Positions 33,504-43,477 of a stretch of 64,000 bases of DNA are shown here, in pieces. A program made the position numbers and the translations under genes. The number at the start of each line of letters is the position of its first letter. Position 1 is the stretch's first letter. The notes below the pieces were generated by a model, which saw only the letters and a program-made list of their open reading frames with translations, searched no databases and was not told the origin of the DNA. The stretch lies in assembly GCA_965267575.1 (NCBI GenBank), contig OZ254086.1:992001-1056000 (forward strand), in the 5' to 3' direction. The DNA is from Calditrichales bacterium. GTDB taxonomy: Bacteria; Calditrichota; Calditrichia; Calditrichales; J004.

Positions 33504-35348
33504 CTATTTAATCAACATCAGTCGCGTCATCTGGCCTAGCTCGCCTGCCTTCAGAACCGCAAAATAAATGCCCGAAGCCATCATTATTCCGTTGCCGGAA
33601 CGTCCGTTCCAGGTAATTTCATGGCTGCCTGTTTTAAACGGCCTGTCAGCCAGCGTCGTTACTTTTTGTCCCAGAATGTCATATACAAACAGTTGTACAT
33701 TCTTGCCGTTCAGGTGCGCCGGTATGTCAAAGGCGATCGTGGTGGACGGGTTGAACGGATTGGGATAGGCCGCGTGCAGCTTGAACTCCAGCGGGTTAAC
33801 AGCAATGCCGTCACCAATGGAAGAAGCCGGATCAATATCTTCCAGAGAACGCGGCAATATTTGGTAACCTTCTGTATAGGGTATTGAAAAATCAAATTGA
33901 CTAAAAATACCGGTTATGGCGACGGGATACTCTGGCTCCGGTGAACCATCAATATCTGTATCCTGATCAATTCTTAAAGTAAGCTCGTTTGATCCGCCAT
34001 CATCCGTTATCGTTAGATTTTCATTGTTACCTTCCTCGGGCCAATCGCCGGAAACCTTTGTTGCGTTCGCAATACGAACTAAAAGACCCTCAAATGCTTC
34101 TGGCTCAGTCAACAATGTTTCGATATTGATAGTTATTGCTTCAGCTTCATCCCCAGGCCCTAAATCTACAATATCAGCGGTGCTGTCAGGAATTATTTCC
34201 GTCAAACCATTATACTGTTCTAATACGCCAGTTACCCCGTAATTATTATTTACGGTAATATTCGCCGCTGCCTGCCCAGGCCCAAAAACGTTTATTCCTG
34301 CTGTATTGTCCTGCAAATATATGTTTAAATTTGAGCCGTCAAATACTGTATTTGCTACCGTAGCGGTTCCCTGTGTACGAGCCCAGTAACCATCAAATAG
34401 CAAAACGCCATCACTATCTACAGCCTTTAACAACGTTATCTGAGTAGTGCCGGCAAAAAAGGGTGTACCGCTTTTTACCGTACGCTGCCCGGCATCATCC
34501 ACGGCAGCGACGCTGTACTCGATGCGGTCGCCGTCATTATAGGTTGCCGCGGCGATGGTTGCCGAGAATGTGTCATCGGCGCCTTCGCTCATATCCAGGC
34601 TGTCCTGTGTAATACCGTTGACCACGTAAAGCAGACGCACGGCCACAAGAGCGCTGTCATCGGTGACGGTGGCGGTTACGGTTAAATCTTCATCGGCGGT
34701 GGGCACGCGCGGCGTGCCTTCAACTACACCAATCATTGGTGCAAGATCACCTCCAAATCCTATCCAAGTGTGGGTCCCGAGATCTTCAAAATAATCTTGT
34801 TCTTCGACAATCCATTCTGAGTTGTCAGAATTTGTGCCTGCTGACGCTGCCCAGTCCGTATTGCCGCTAAAAACATCACTCTTACGTATCAAAGTATGTT
34901 CACCAGTCGCGTTCGTAACACCAGCAACGTCCCATCCAGAACCTGGATCATCACCTTCTTCACCAATTACATCTATTATGACGCCATCCTTCGCAAGCGC
35001 AATTGCATCATTTCCATTATAAAATGTGGCCGTTGAACCAATGGAATCGCTAACAGACTGGATTGTGTTATTTGCTTGAGAATTGCATATAATCCAGACG
35101 TCACCATTTTTAACTATACCTTGTAAGTCAACGGCATTAGATTGTCCCTCAGACCAATCACCTCCATTCGAGATTCTCCAGATCTCATAGGGAGCAAGGT
35201 CAACATCCGTTCCCGTGCCGTTGAAAATTTCTATTGCCTTATTATTACTTGTACCCTCGATATATTCAGAAATGAATAAATCTGCTGCCTGCGCCCACAG
35301 GCCGGCAGGGATAGTCAGCATGAATAAAATCGTAATCAAACGTCGCAT
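33504..35348 (-). CDS. Secreted lamin-tail + Ig + OB-fold protein with T9SS type-A/FlgD-like CTD
   Basis: DLFISEYIEGTSNNKAIEIFNGTG (ExeM-type LTD), YLQDNTAGINVF, GVLEQYNGLTEI, GYQILPR; CTD AYPNPFNPSTTI..YDILGQKV..WNG..SGIYF. Confidence 0.85.
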   Translation of the reverse strand: MRRLITILFMLTIPAGLWAQAADLFISEYIEGTSNNKAIEIFNGTGTDVDLAPYEIWRISNGGDWSEGQSNAVDLQGIVKNGDVWIICNSQANNTIQSVSDSIGSTATFYNGNDAIALAKDGVIIDVIGEEGDDPGSGWDVAGVTNATGEHTLIRKSDVFSGNTDWAASAGTNSDNSEWIVEEQDYFEDLGTHTWIGFGGDLAPMIGVVEGTPRVPTADEDLTVTATVTDDSALVAVRLLYVVNGITQDSLDMSEGADDTFSATIAAATYNDGDRIEYSVAAVDDAGQRTVKSGTPFFAGTTQITLLKAVDSDGVLLFDGYWARTQGTATVANTVFDGSNLNIYLQDNTAGINVFGPGQAAANITVNNNYGVTGVLEQYNGLTEIIPDSTADIVDLGPGDEAEAITINIETLLTEPEAFEGLLVRIANATKVSGDWPEEGNNENLTITDDGGSNELTLRIDQDTDIDGSPEPEYPVAITGIFSQFDFSIPYTEGYQILPRSLEDIDPASSIGDGIAVNPLEFKLHAAYPNPFNPSTTIAFDIPAHLNGKNVQLFVYDILGQKVTTLADRPFKTGSHEITWNGRSGNGIMMASGIYFAVLKAGELGQMTRLMLIK

Positions 35349-35412
35349 GTTTCCTCCGTAATATATTTTCGCTGTTGGATCGCTAATATAAGCCTTTTAG
35401 CGCTTAAGGAAT

Positions 35413-35439
35413 AAAAAAAAGCCGCGCGGGTGCGCGGCT
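35413..35439 (-). terminator. Intrinsic terminator of htpG
   Basis: Minus strand AGCCGCGC-ACCC-GCGCGGCT followed by a T run. Confidence 0.85.
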
Positions 35440-35445
35440 GTGTGT

Positions 35446-37356
35446 TCATGCCTTAACGTTGGGGTGCCAGGCGCTGGATTCCTTCAACAGCTCATTGATG
35501 CGGTTAACCAGCTTGTGCGGGTCACTGAGGTAACCTTCCAGCAGCAGGGCCGATTCATAAAGCTGCTCGGTGGCGTTATCGATAAAACTGTCGCGCGGGT
35601 CCTTTTTGTAAATCTTGAGCAGGTTGCGCGTCAGCGGGTGGTATTTGTTGAGCTCCATGATCTTCTTCGGCGCGGTCATATCCTTGTTCATGTATTGCAG
35701 CATTTTGTGCATGTGCGAAGTCATCGTGCCGTCGGGATTGACCAGGCAGGAGGCGCTGTCGCGCAGCCGCTTTGATTCGCGCACTTCCGTAACGCGGTCA
35801 CCGAGGATATCTTTCATGCGCTCCATCAGTTTTTTAAAGACCTTTTCGTCGCTGTCGCTCAGCGATTCCTGTTTTTCTTCTTCCTTGCCGCTCTTCTCTT
35901 CGAATTTTTCAAGTTTGCCCATGTCGGCCTGTTCCACCGATTGCAGGCTGTACTCTTTGTATTCGCCCAGCCCGGTCAGCGCAAACTCATCGACGGGCTC
36001 GTAGAGGTACAGCACTTCCAGGCCTTTGCGCCGGAAAATTTCGATATGCGGATCGGATTCCACCGCTTCCCTGCTGGCGCCGGTGATGTAGTAAATTTCC
36101 TTCTGATCGTCCTTGGAGCGCTCGATGTATTCATCCAGGGATACCAGGCCGTTCACGTCATCGCTGGCCGATGAATTGAAGCGCAGCAGCTCGGCATATT
36201 TATCGCGGTTGCCAAAATCCTGGTAACCGAATTTGAAAATCTTGCCGTGCTCTTTCCAGAAGCTGCTATATTTTTCCTTGTCATCTTTAGCCATTTTGCC
36301 TAGGTGATTCAGAATCTGCTTGGTCAGCGCACTGCTGATCTTCTGCACGATCAAATTTTCCTGCAACGTCTCGCGCGAAATATTCAGCGGGATGTCCGGT
36401 GATTCCACCAGGCCTTTGCAGAATGCCAGGTATTCGGGGATTAGGTCTTTGTTTTTATGCTGGATCAGCACGCCGTTCACATAAAGGTCCAGCCCGCGGT
36501 CCTCACGCACCGTACCGAACATGTCATAAATCTGCTTTGGGATGAAAACCAGCGCGTTAAACTGCACCGGCGCGTCCACGGAAATGTGGATCGTCTCCAT
36601 CGGCGGCTCATAGTCGTGGGAGATGAATTTGTAAAATTCGTCGTACTGCTCCTGCTTGATTTTAAATTTTGGCTCACGCCACAGCGCCGTTACCGTATTC
36701 ACCTTTTCTCCGTCCACTTTGATCGGGAAGCCGATGAAGTTGGAGTGCTTGTTGATGGCTGTTTTTACGCGCTCTTTTTCGGAAAATTCGGCGGCGTTTT
36801 CACGCAGGTGGATTTCTATTGTGGTTCCGCGCTTCACATCTTCATCAAGCGTTTCCACGTTGAATGTGCCCACACCATCGGATGTCCAGCGCACAGGCGC
36901 CGCGTCTTTCTTGTGGCTACGCGATGTCACCACCACCTTATCGGCCACCATGAACACGGAATAGAAGCCGACACCAAAACGGCCGATGATCTTGCCGGCG
37001 TCTTCGGTCTCCTTTTTATCCTTATTCTCCGCCATCATTTGCAGAAAGGCTTCGGTGCCGCTTTTGGCCACTGTACCGAGGTTTGTCACAATCTCATCTT
37101 CATCCATCCCGATGCCCGTATCGGACAGCGTCAGCTTTTTGGCCTTTTCATCCAGCTTGATGTCAATTTCCAAAGGCAGATCAGGGTTAGCTACTTTGCC
37201 GCCGCGGGTGGTTTCAAAACGTAGTTTGTCCAGCGCGTCCGATGCGTTGGAGATTAACTCACGGATAAAAATTTCGCGGTTGGTATAAAGCGAGTGAACG
37301 AGAATATCGAGAAGCTTGTTGACTTCCGCTTTGAATTTTAGTTTTCTTTTTGGCAT
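35446..37356 (-). CDS. htpG: Chaperone HtpG (Hsp90)
   Basis: LVHSLYTNREIFIRELISNASDALDK, DTGIGM, NLGTVAKSGT, IGRFGVGFYS, PLNISRETLQ; GGAGG RBS before ATG 37356. Confidence 0.97.
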   Translation of the reverse strand: MPKRKLKFKAEVNKLLDILVHSLYTNREIFIRELISNASDALDKLRFETTRGGKVANPDLPLEIDIKLDEKAKKLTLSDTGIGMDEDEIVTNLGTVAKSGTEAFLQMMAENKDKKETEDAGKIIGRFGVGFYSVFMVADKVVVTSRSHKKDAAPVRWTSDGVGTFNVETLDEDVKRGTTIEIHLRENAAEFSEKERVKTAINKHSNFIGFPIKVDGEKVNTVTALWREPKFKIKQEQYDEFYKFISHDYEPPMETIHISVDAPVQFNALVFIPKQIYDMFGTVREDRGLDLYVNGVLIQHKNKDLIPEYLAFCKGLVESPDIPLNISRETLQENLIVQKISSALTKQILNHLGKMAKDDKEKYSSFWKEHGKIFKFGYQDFGNRDKYAELLRFNSSASDDVNGLVSLDEYIERSKDDQKEIYYITGASREAVESDPHIEIFRRKGLEVLYLYEPVDEFALTGLGEYKEYSLQSVEQADMGKLEKFEEKSGKEEEKQESLSDSDEKVFKKLMERMKDILGDRVTEVRESKRLRDSASCLVNPDGTMTSHMHKMLQYMNKDMTAPKKIMELNKYHPLTRNLLKIYKKDPRDSFIDNATEQLYESALLLEGYLSDPHKLVNRINELLKESSAWHPNVKA

Positions 37357-37441
37357 GAATTCCTCCGTCTTTGCATATACGTCATACTGAAAATGACAAT
37401 CTGTCAAATTTTCTGTCTTTTAATTTACGGCGCACACATCT

Positions 37442-37457
37442 TGCAAAATCGATACCA
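37442..37457 (-). promoter_or_regulatory. Candidate sigma54 (-24/-12) promoter of htpG
   Basis: Minus strand TGGTATCGATTTTGCA (GG-N10-GC). Confidence 0.5.
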
Positions 37458-37478
37458 AAAAGCGGGATCAGCAGAAAT

Positions 37479-37510
37479 AAAAAAAGGGGCAGACCGAAGC
37501 CCACCCCTTT
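37479..37510 (-). terminator. Intrinsic terminator of the fadL-lipase pair
   Basis: Minus strand AAAGGGGTGGGC-TTCG-GTCTGCCCCTTTTTTT with a cUUCGg loop. Confidence 0.85.
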
Positions 37511-37530
37511 AGCCCGAGAAAAAAATACGG

Positions 37531-38934
37531 TTATTGCAGTTTGCCGCCGGTCAGGTTCACAACATTTTCGAAAACAGCCGGGTCCACATTGCGCCAGGTT
37601 ATTTTGCCCATGCTGTTAGCCGGGGAAACCGTATCCATCAGTTCAATAACATCCACAAACGGTACCGTGGCATTATACTTCGCGTTAATCACCTTGATGA
37701 ATTCATTGGCGACAATGGCATGACCCACATCGGAAGGATGCACGCCATCCAGGCTGAACAAGCCGCCGGTGATAAATTCGTTGGTGAATTCCTGGCCGGA
37801 CAGCTCAAGGCCGCCCGCCGCGATCATGTTGAAGAAACCGTTGATATCGACCACAGCAATATTACGATCAGCCGCCAGTGAAGCGATCGTATTATTAAAA
37901 GCTGTAACGGCGGTCTGTGCCGTGGCAATTTCATCGGCATCAAGTACAACCGCATCAGGCAGCGGCTGACCCGTTCCACCGAGAGACTGCGGGATACCAA
38001 GGCCTGCTTCCAGAGCGGATGCGGCCTGCAGCGTTACAAGATCTGTCGCCGGATTTACGCCAATCAGAGGAATAACATTACCATCCTGCAGGACGGGTTC
38101 ATTAGTTTCGGGATTTACTACAACGCCCGGGATGGTCGTGAAAAACGGAATAGCCGTTACATCCGGGATATTGGCCACCACGATTTGCGGATTGGTCGGC
38201 GTAGCCAGCAGCACATCAAGTAAGCCGGCATAAAGTTGACCGAAAATAGCAGCATCAGTCGGTGCCTGTGGACTTGTGCCACCGCTGGTGGCGTAACCCA
38301 GTACATCATTATTACCGATCCACAGGGTTATAAAAGTGGGCTGCAGTAGCTGCGCCTGCTGAACAACTGTCGTATTACCGAGATTCGGGTTTCTCAAAAT
38401 TATATCAAAAAATGCGCTCCCGCTCAAAGCATTGGCAGAAGAAGTGGCTGTATTTAAGTCACCCAAAATCGAACCCGGTACACCCAGATTATTATAGGGC
38501 TGCCCCAATGCGGCGACGGCCGGCGAAGCGTAGAAGTTAGGCGGCATAACAAAGGACGGATCACTGTATGGCACCGGCTGGATCACCGGGTCGACCTGGC
38601 CCTGTGCGTTAAACAACGACACCAGTTCTGCGATACCCGCTCCCTGGGTAGTATAGACCCCAATGCCGGGATAGCCCAAAAGCGGCTGGTTAAAAGTCTC
38701 AACTTCAGCCTGCCGGGCAATCAGCGCCGGAAAAGAATATTGCTGATGGCGCTCGGTCAGCGCGCCGGACTGGTAACCCGCGGTAAGGCTATTGCCTAAT
38801 GCCACATAGCTGGCAAAGCTGGCATCTCCGGGAGAAAATGCCGTGATTGTTTTGTCCGGTTCCTGCAGCGAGCAGCCCGCGAAAAAGAGCGCTGCCACTA
38901 CAAAAATAACCGGGGCTTTAATAAAGTTTTTCAT
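37531..38934 (-). CDS. SGNH/GDSL hydrolase lipoprotein
   Basis: Lipobox FAGC; YVALGNSLTAG, NNLGVPG, LWIGNNDVLG, FSLDGVHP. Confidence 0.9.
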   Translation of the reverse strand: MKNFIKAPVIFVVAALFFAGCSLQEPDKTITAFSPGDASFASYVALGNSLTAGYQSGALTERHQQYSFPALIARQAEVETFNQPLLGYPGIGVYTTQGAGIAELVSLFNAQGQVDPVIQPVPYSDPSFVMPPNFYASPAVAALGQPYNNLGVPGSILGDLNTATSSANALSGSAFFDIILRNPNLGNTTVVQQAQLLQPTFITLWIGNNDVLGYATSGGTSPQAPTDAAIFGQLYAGLLDVLLATPTNPQIVVANIPDVTAIPFFTTIPGVVVNPETNEPVLQDGNVIPLIGVNPATDLVTLQAASALEAGLGIPQSLGGTGQPLPDAVVLDADEIATAQTAVTAFNNTIASLAADRNIAVVDINGFFNMIAAGGLELSGQEFTNEFITGGLFSLDGVHPSDVGHAIVANEFIKVINAKYNATVPFVDVIELMDTVSPANSMGKITWRNVDPAVFENVVNLTGGKLQ

Positions 38935-38956
38935 AAAGATCTCCTCTTTTCGCGTT

Positions 38957-40210
38957 TTATAAGCCGTACTCAAAGCTTACGCCAAACAGGTTACCCTGTC
39001 CGAAGTATTCACCATTGAAGCCATCTACGGAATTGGTCACCTTGCGGTCATCCTGGGTAAGCAGCATGTAAAAGCCGTCTATGGTCAGCTGGCCCATGGT
39101 GTAGCCCACGCCTATCGAGTAAAGATTGCGGTCACCTTCCGGCAGGGACGGCTCAACGCGCTCATCCGGCACGGCGTGCATGTCGCGCAGGTAGCCAACG
39201 CGCAGGGCCAGGTCATCCTGAAGCATATACTCGAGGCCGAAGCGCAGCGAGAAGCTGTCTTCATACTTGCGCGGATTTACAGTGGTGGTCTCCCCGGCAA
39301 CAGGATCATCAAATTCCACAACCAGTTCATCATAAGAGCTCCAGCCAAGCTGCATCCAGTTGAATTCAGCCACCAGTTTTTCATTGAATTGGTAGGCCAC
39401 GCCAAGAGCAATCAATGTGGGCAGTTCCAGCTCGCTGCTGCCTTTGGTGTTGGGAAAAAGCGCGGTGATCTCACCATCAATAACCGGATCACCGGTCGTC
39501 GGGAAATCAAATGTGGCGTCGCCACCATCAAAGTCCAACAGAACATTGCCGCGATAAACGGCGCCAAAAGAAAGCGCGGTCGTCGGCTGATAGCGCAGAC
39601 CCAGGTTAAAGCCGTAGCCCATGCCGTCGGCTTCCAGCTTGGATTCGCCATACACATTGCGCGGACCATAATAAACGCTTCTTTCCAAATTTACAGTCGC
39701 CAGTACGGCATTAAAGCCTGCAGCAACGGAAAGGCCCGGCATAACCTCATAGGCCACAACCGGGTTCAGGAAAAAGGTCTCCACTTCAGACGTGGTAGCC
39801 AGCAATCGTCCCGGCCAGTTTTTGTCCCATTCCGATCCGAGTCCGAACAAGGTAAAAAAGCCAAAGCCGGCAGCCAGCTTATCGTTTATCTTGTACGTGG
39901 CATAAAAAGTGGACGGCGGGAAAACGCCCTTCTCGGCCGCGGTGTACAAATTGGGGTCGAGGTGATTGGGTCCCTGAAAGCCGAACTCGGGCATGATGAT
40001 GGTTGTACCCAGACCGAGGCGGAATCCATCCAGCTGGGTTATACCGGCAGGGTTGTAGAAAACACTGGAGATGTCATTAGCCTGGGCCACAAATGCTCCC
40101 CCCATGGCAGTGGCTTTAGCCCCTTGCTCATAGATGGAAAAGCCGGAGGCAAAAGCCATTGTGGCGGTCAGGGCCAATGCTCCACAAACGGTACGTAACA
40201 TTCTGAGCAT
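38957..40210 (-). CDS. OmpP1/FadL long-chain fatty acid transport barrel
   Basis: ASGFSIYEQGAKATAMGGAFVAQANDISSVFYNPAG, GLGSEW, GYGFNLG, LALRVGY. Confidence 0.9.
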   Translation of the reverse strand: MLRMLRTVCGALALTATMAFASGFSIYEQGAKATAMGGAFVAQANDISSVFYNPAGITQLDGFRLGLGTTIIMPEFGFQGPNHLDPNLYTAAEKGVFPPSTFYATYKINDKLAAGFGFFTLFGLGSEWDKNWPGRLLATTSEVETFFLNPVVAYEVMPGLSVAAGFNAVLATVNLERSVYYGPRNVYGESKLEADGMGYGFNLGLRYQPTTALSFGAVYRGNVLLDFDGGDATFDFPTTGDPVIDGEITALFPNTKGSSELELPTLIALGVAYQFNEKLVAEFNWMQLGWSSYDELVVEFDDPVAGETTTVNPRKYEDSFSLRFGLEYMLQDDLALRVGYLRDMHAVPDERVEPSLPEGDRNLYSIGVGYTMGQLTIDGFYMLLTQDDRKVTNSVDGFNGEYFGQGNLFGVSFEYGL

Positions 40211-40291
40211 AATCCCTCCTGTATGACTCTTATACAGAGTAATGTATGTTGGTTAAATTAGGGTTGAGTTAAAGGTCAATTAAGCTCAATA

Positions 40292-40320
40292 AAAGTAACT
40301 GACCCTCCCGATAAAGTCAA
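40292..40320 (-). promoter_or_regulatory. Candidate sigma70 promoter of fadL
   Basis: Minus strand TTGACT-17 bp-TACTTT. Confidence 0.45.
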
Positions 40321-40356
40321 GACAGAATTATAAACTTTGAGCCCTTCAGGGTAGGC

Positions 40357-40872
40357 TTAATTGGGGGAGATAAAAGGATCAATCAGGTCTGAAATAAGGC
40401 GGATGCAGAGCTCGTCCGGCAGCACAAAGCTGATTTCATTGATGGCATTGGTGCTGCGTTCCCAAGATTTGCGCGAAAGACGCAATGAGCCCTCCAGCGC
40501 GTTCAGTACAATCTCAAAATAGATTCGCTTGCTCTGGGTCGTGTAAGGAGGGTAGCTGCGGATCTGCGCCTGGCGGTTTTGTGCGTCCAGCTCCACGATG
40601 CGGAAGTTCTCGGGAAGATAGGTGATACGCTGGCAGCAGGAGTCTGCAAACTCCTCCAGTTTATCGCGCGAAGCCAGCAGGCTGCTCAATTCCTTACCCA
40701 TCACCTTTAGGGCCAGCAATTCACTGCTTATCTGGTCCAGCCGCAAAAAATCAATCAACAATGTGTAATTGTTATTATAGGTGAAGCGTTTAAACTGCAG
40801 CCCGTTTTCCGTCAATACAAGAATATTTTTTGATTGTTTAAATTCCTTCAGGATCGTTTCCGCTTGTGACAT
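40357..40872 (-). CDS. Hypothetical protein, fourth gene of the prkA operon
   Basis: GAGG RBS, 8 nt after the spoVR stop; contains RITYLPENFRIVELD..AQIRSYPP..YFE. Confidence 0.7.
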   Translation of the reverse strand: MSQAETILKEFKQSKNILVLTENGLQFKRFTYNNNYTLLIDFLRLDQISSELLALKVMGKELSSLLASRDKLEEFADSCCQRITYLPENFRIVELDAQNRQAQIRSYPPYTTQSKRIYFEIVLNALEGSLRLSRKSWERSTNAINEISFVLPDELCIRLISDLIDPFISPN

Positions 40873-40880
40873 AAAACCTC

Positions 40881-42341
40881 TCAGCTTATCGCTTCTGTTT
40901 TGTGTTCGTTACCGTCAAATGTCATGATCACTTTCTGGTCACCGGAGCGTGTAATAATGTGCACCGGACGCTTCCACATAAAGTGGATATTTTCCAAAGT
41001 GCGGTAGGCGTAATCAATGTCAAGACCCACTGTTTCCGTTACGTGCTGCATCAACAGCTCATTACGGTTATCATGGTTCATGTTTACAATCTGTATTTTC
41101 GGCTGTCCCATGTTGGTTAATGAGAAAAGCAGCTGCTGTTTGATCGCTTTGAACTCACGGCTGTTAATTTCATAGCGCTTGTTCTGTTCGTTCCAGCGGT
41201 ATGTAAAAAGATTATTCTCCTGGCAAAATTCCTCGGTCAGAAAGGTATCTATGAAAGTGATGTCATTATAGATCCTGCGCACCTCAAAGATCTTGTCGCG
41301 TCCCAGCCCGAGATTTTTATTCCATTCCTTTTTTTCCTTGTAGTCATCGCACTGTTCATAGTCCTTGCCAAACTTACCCTTGTTCCAGCGGTCTTCAATA
41401 TCTCGGAACAGTTCGATGCCCACCTTATAAGGATTAAGACGTCCGGGACCCATGAACACGGTGCCCGAATGGTGGTCGGCATAATCGATGACGTCGGCAT
41501 CGGACAGTACTTTGCGTGTCATGATCGTTGAATGCCAGTAGGAGGCCCAGCCTTCGTTCATAATCTTGGTCTGCCCCTGCGGCGCAAAGTAGTATGCTTC
41601 TTCGCGGATAATGCTAAGTACATCGCGCTGCCAGTCTTCCAGCGGCGCATAATCAATAAGCATCTTAAGAACGTCAGTTTCCGGTATGCGCGGAAAAACG
41701 CCTTTGTTCTCCGGCTCGCGCAATTTTTCTTCCTGCTCTTCCAGAAACTCCGGAGGATTGATATAGCGCTCCATGTACTTCTTGCTTTGCAGCTTTTTGA
41801 CCTTCGGTTTTTCAGGCGGCGTATCATGGTCACGCTTTATAAAAGGCGACAAAATATCGATCAGGTTATCAATGGAGAGACAACGATCGATAAAATCCTC
41901 CACATTGGCCTGGCCGTAAAGGTCTACGTAGCGCCGGATGCGTGTGGCATGGTTGGCCATCTCATCCATCATTTTGCGATTGGTTTTTGAGAAGTAATAA
42001 TTGTTCTTGAAAAAATCGCAGTGGGCATAAACGTGAGCCATCACCAGCTTCTGATCAACGATGTTGTTGGCATCCATCAAATAGGCATAACAGGGATCGG
42101 TGTTGATAACCATTTCGTAGATTTTTTGCAGGCCGTAGCTGTAGCCCTTACTGAGCTGCTCGTACTCCATGCCAAAGCGCCAGTGCGGATAGCGGATGGG
42201 AAAACCGCCCTTGGCCGCGATTTCGTTGACTTCTTCGGAGTTCAGTATCTCGAAGATTACTTCGAAAAAATCCAGATTGTAATCAGCAGCATACTTCTCG
42301 ATTTCCATTTTGGCTTTTGCCAGTTCACCTGTCAGAATCAT
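40881..42341 (-). CDS. spoVR: SpoVR family protein
   Basis: [60 protein letters not shown]. Confidence 0.95.
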   Translation of the reverse strand: MILTGELAKAKMEIEKYAADYNLDFFEVIFEILNSEEVNEIAAKGGFPIRYPHWRFGMEYEQLSKGYSYGLQKIYEMVINTDPCYAYLMDANNIVDQKLVMAHVYAHCDFFKNNYYFSKTNRKMMDEMANHATRIRRYVDLYGQANVEDFIDRCLSIDNLIDILSPFIKRDHDTPPEKPKVKKLQSKKYMERYINPPEFLEEQEEKLREPENKGVFPRIPETDVLKMLIDYAPLEDWQRDVLSIIREEAYYFAPQGQTKIMNEGWASYWHSTIMTRKVLSDADVIDYADHHSGTVFMGPGRLNPYKVGIELFRDIEDRWNKGKFGKDYEQCDDYKEKKEWNKNLGLGRDKIFEVRRIYNDITFIDTFLTEEFCQENNLFTYRWNEQNKRYEINSREFKAIKQQLLFSLTNMGQPKIQIVNMNHDNRNELLMQHVTETVGLDIDYAYRTLENIHFMWKRPVHIITRSGDQKVIMTFDGNEHKTEAIS

Positions 42342-43444
42342 CGTCCTTTTCCCAGAAAGTCTTTTATGGAATCAATGATGGCGTCACGATCGGGAATTTG
42401 TGATGTTACCAGAACATCGTTTTCGGGAAACTGCCCTTGCAAATCGTTGATGAACTTGCCACTGCCGTAGGCGCTTTCCACCTGGCCGTAGCAAAACATG
42501 TTGGAAATGGGAAAAAGCCGGTTTTCGAGTATATCAAAGCAGCGCGCGTTATCCTCCAGCGACCAGTTGTCACCGTCCGAAAAATGAAACGGGTAGATGT
42601 TCCACTCGGCAACGGGATAATCCTGTTCAATAATGTTGGCGGCCAGCTCATAGGCGGACGATATCACAGTGCCGCCGCTTTCACGAGTGCTGAAAAATGT
42701 CTCGCGGTCTACTTCGGCCGCGGCTGCATCATGGATGATATAACGTGTTTTCAGCCCTGGATAATGCTTCCTGAGCCAGGTATCAATCCAGAACGTCTCG
42801 ATGCGTACAATTTCCTTCTGCTCTTCACCCATTGAACCGGAAACGTCCATCATGTAGAGCACAACGGCATTGCTTTGCGGCTTATAAATGGGCGTCCACG
42901 AGCGGTAACGCTTGTCTTCCTTAATGGGGATGATAATCGGATTGCCGGGATTATATTCTTTGGCCGACACCTGCCTTTTAAGTGCTTCGCGATAGGTACG
43001 CTTAAAATGGCGCAAAGACTCCGGCCCTGTATGGCGGATGCCTTTAAAGCTGTAACGCTCAACGGTCAGTTCCTGCTGGCCGCGTGGCTCTATCCGCGGC
43101 AGTTCCAGCTCCTCACCCATAATGTCGGCCAGCTCCTGCAGGGTCAGCTCCACTTCACGGACATGGCGCCCGGGCAGGTTGCCCGCTTTTCCGGCGCCGC
43201 CTTCTCCTTCGCCCGCGCCAACCGGATCGCCCTCTTCGCCATCGCCGCTGCTCACACCGCCATTGTTAGGATCGCCATATTTGAAACGGGGCAGATCGAT
43301 CTGCGGAATGGGGATGCTGACGTATTCTTTTCCACGCTTCCCGATCATCTCGCCATGCGAAATATACTTGCGCAGATTTTCCTTGATCTTCCCTTTGATG
43401 ATCTTCTTAAACCGATTTACATCTTCTTCAATCTGTAATACCAT
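42338..43444 (-). CDS. DUF444 family (YeaH/YhbH) vWA-like protein
   Basis: [45 protein letters not shown]. Confidence 0.93.
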   Translation of the reverse strand: MVLQIEEDVNRFKKIIKGKIKENLRKYISHGEMIGKRGKEYVSIPIPQIDLPRFKYGDPNNGGVSSGDGEEGDPVGAGEGEGGAGKAGNLPGRHVREVELTLQELADIMGEELELPRIEPRGQQELTVERYSFKGIRHTGPESLRHFKRTYREALKRQVSAKEYNPGNPIIIPIKEDKRYRSWTPIYKPQSNAVVLYMMDVSGSMGEEQKEIVRIETFWIDTWLRKHYPGLKTRYIIHDAAAAEVDRETFFSTRESGGTVISSAYELAANIIEQDYPVAEWNIYPFHFSDGDNWSLEDNARCFDILENRLFPISNMFCYGQVESAYGSGKFINDLQGQFPENDVLVTSQIPDRDAIIDSIKDFLGKGR

Positions 43445-43477
43445 GATCTTCTGTCGTTTTGTGCGTGCGTGTTAGCT

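Noticed and set aside
39176-40198. 340-aa antisense ORF to fadL (similar cases: 1759-2448, 30498-31400, 36457-37224, 54914-55660, 62589-63470)
   Set aside because: Antisense shadows of well-supported genes, caused by codon bias; no motifs or RBS support
37531-40210. FadL + GDSL lipase pair as a novel system
   Set aside because: A plausible lipid-uptake pair, but a common arrangement in FCB-group bacteria
40224-40290. Imperfect palindromes upstream of fadL as a FadR/TetR operator
   Set aside because: Short and imperfect (actct-tatac-agagt), and no match to a consensus I can support
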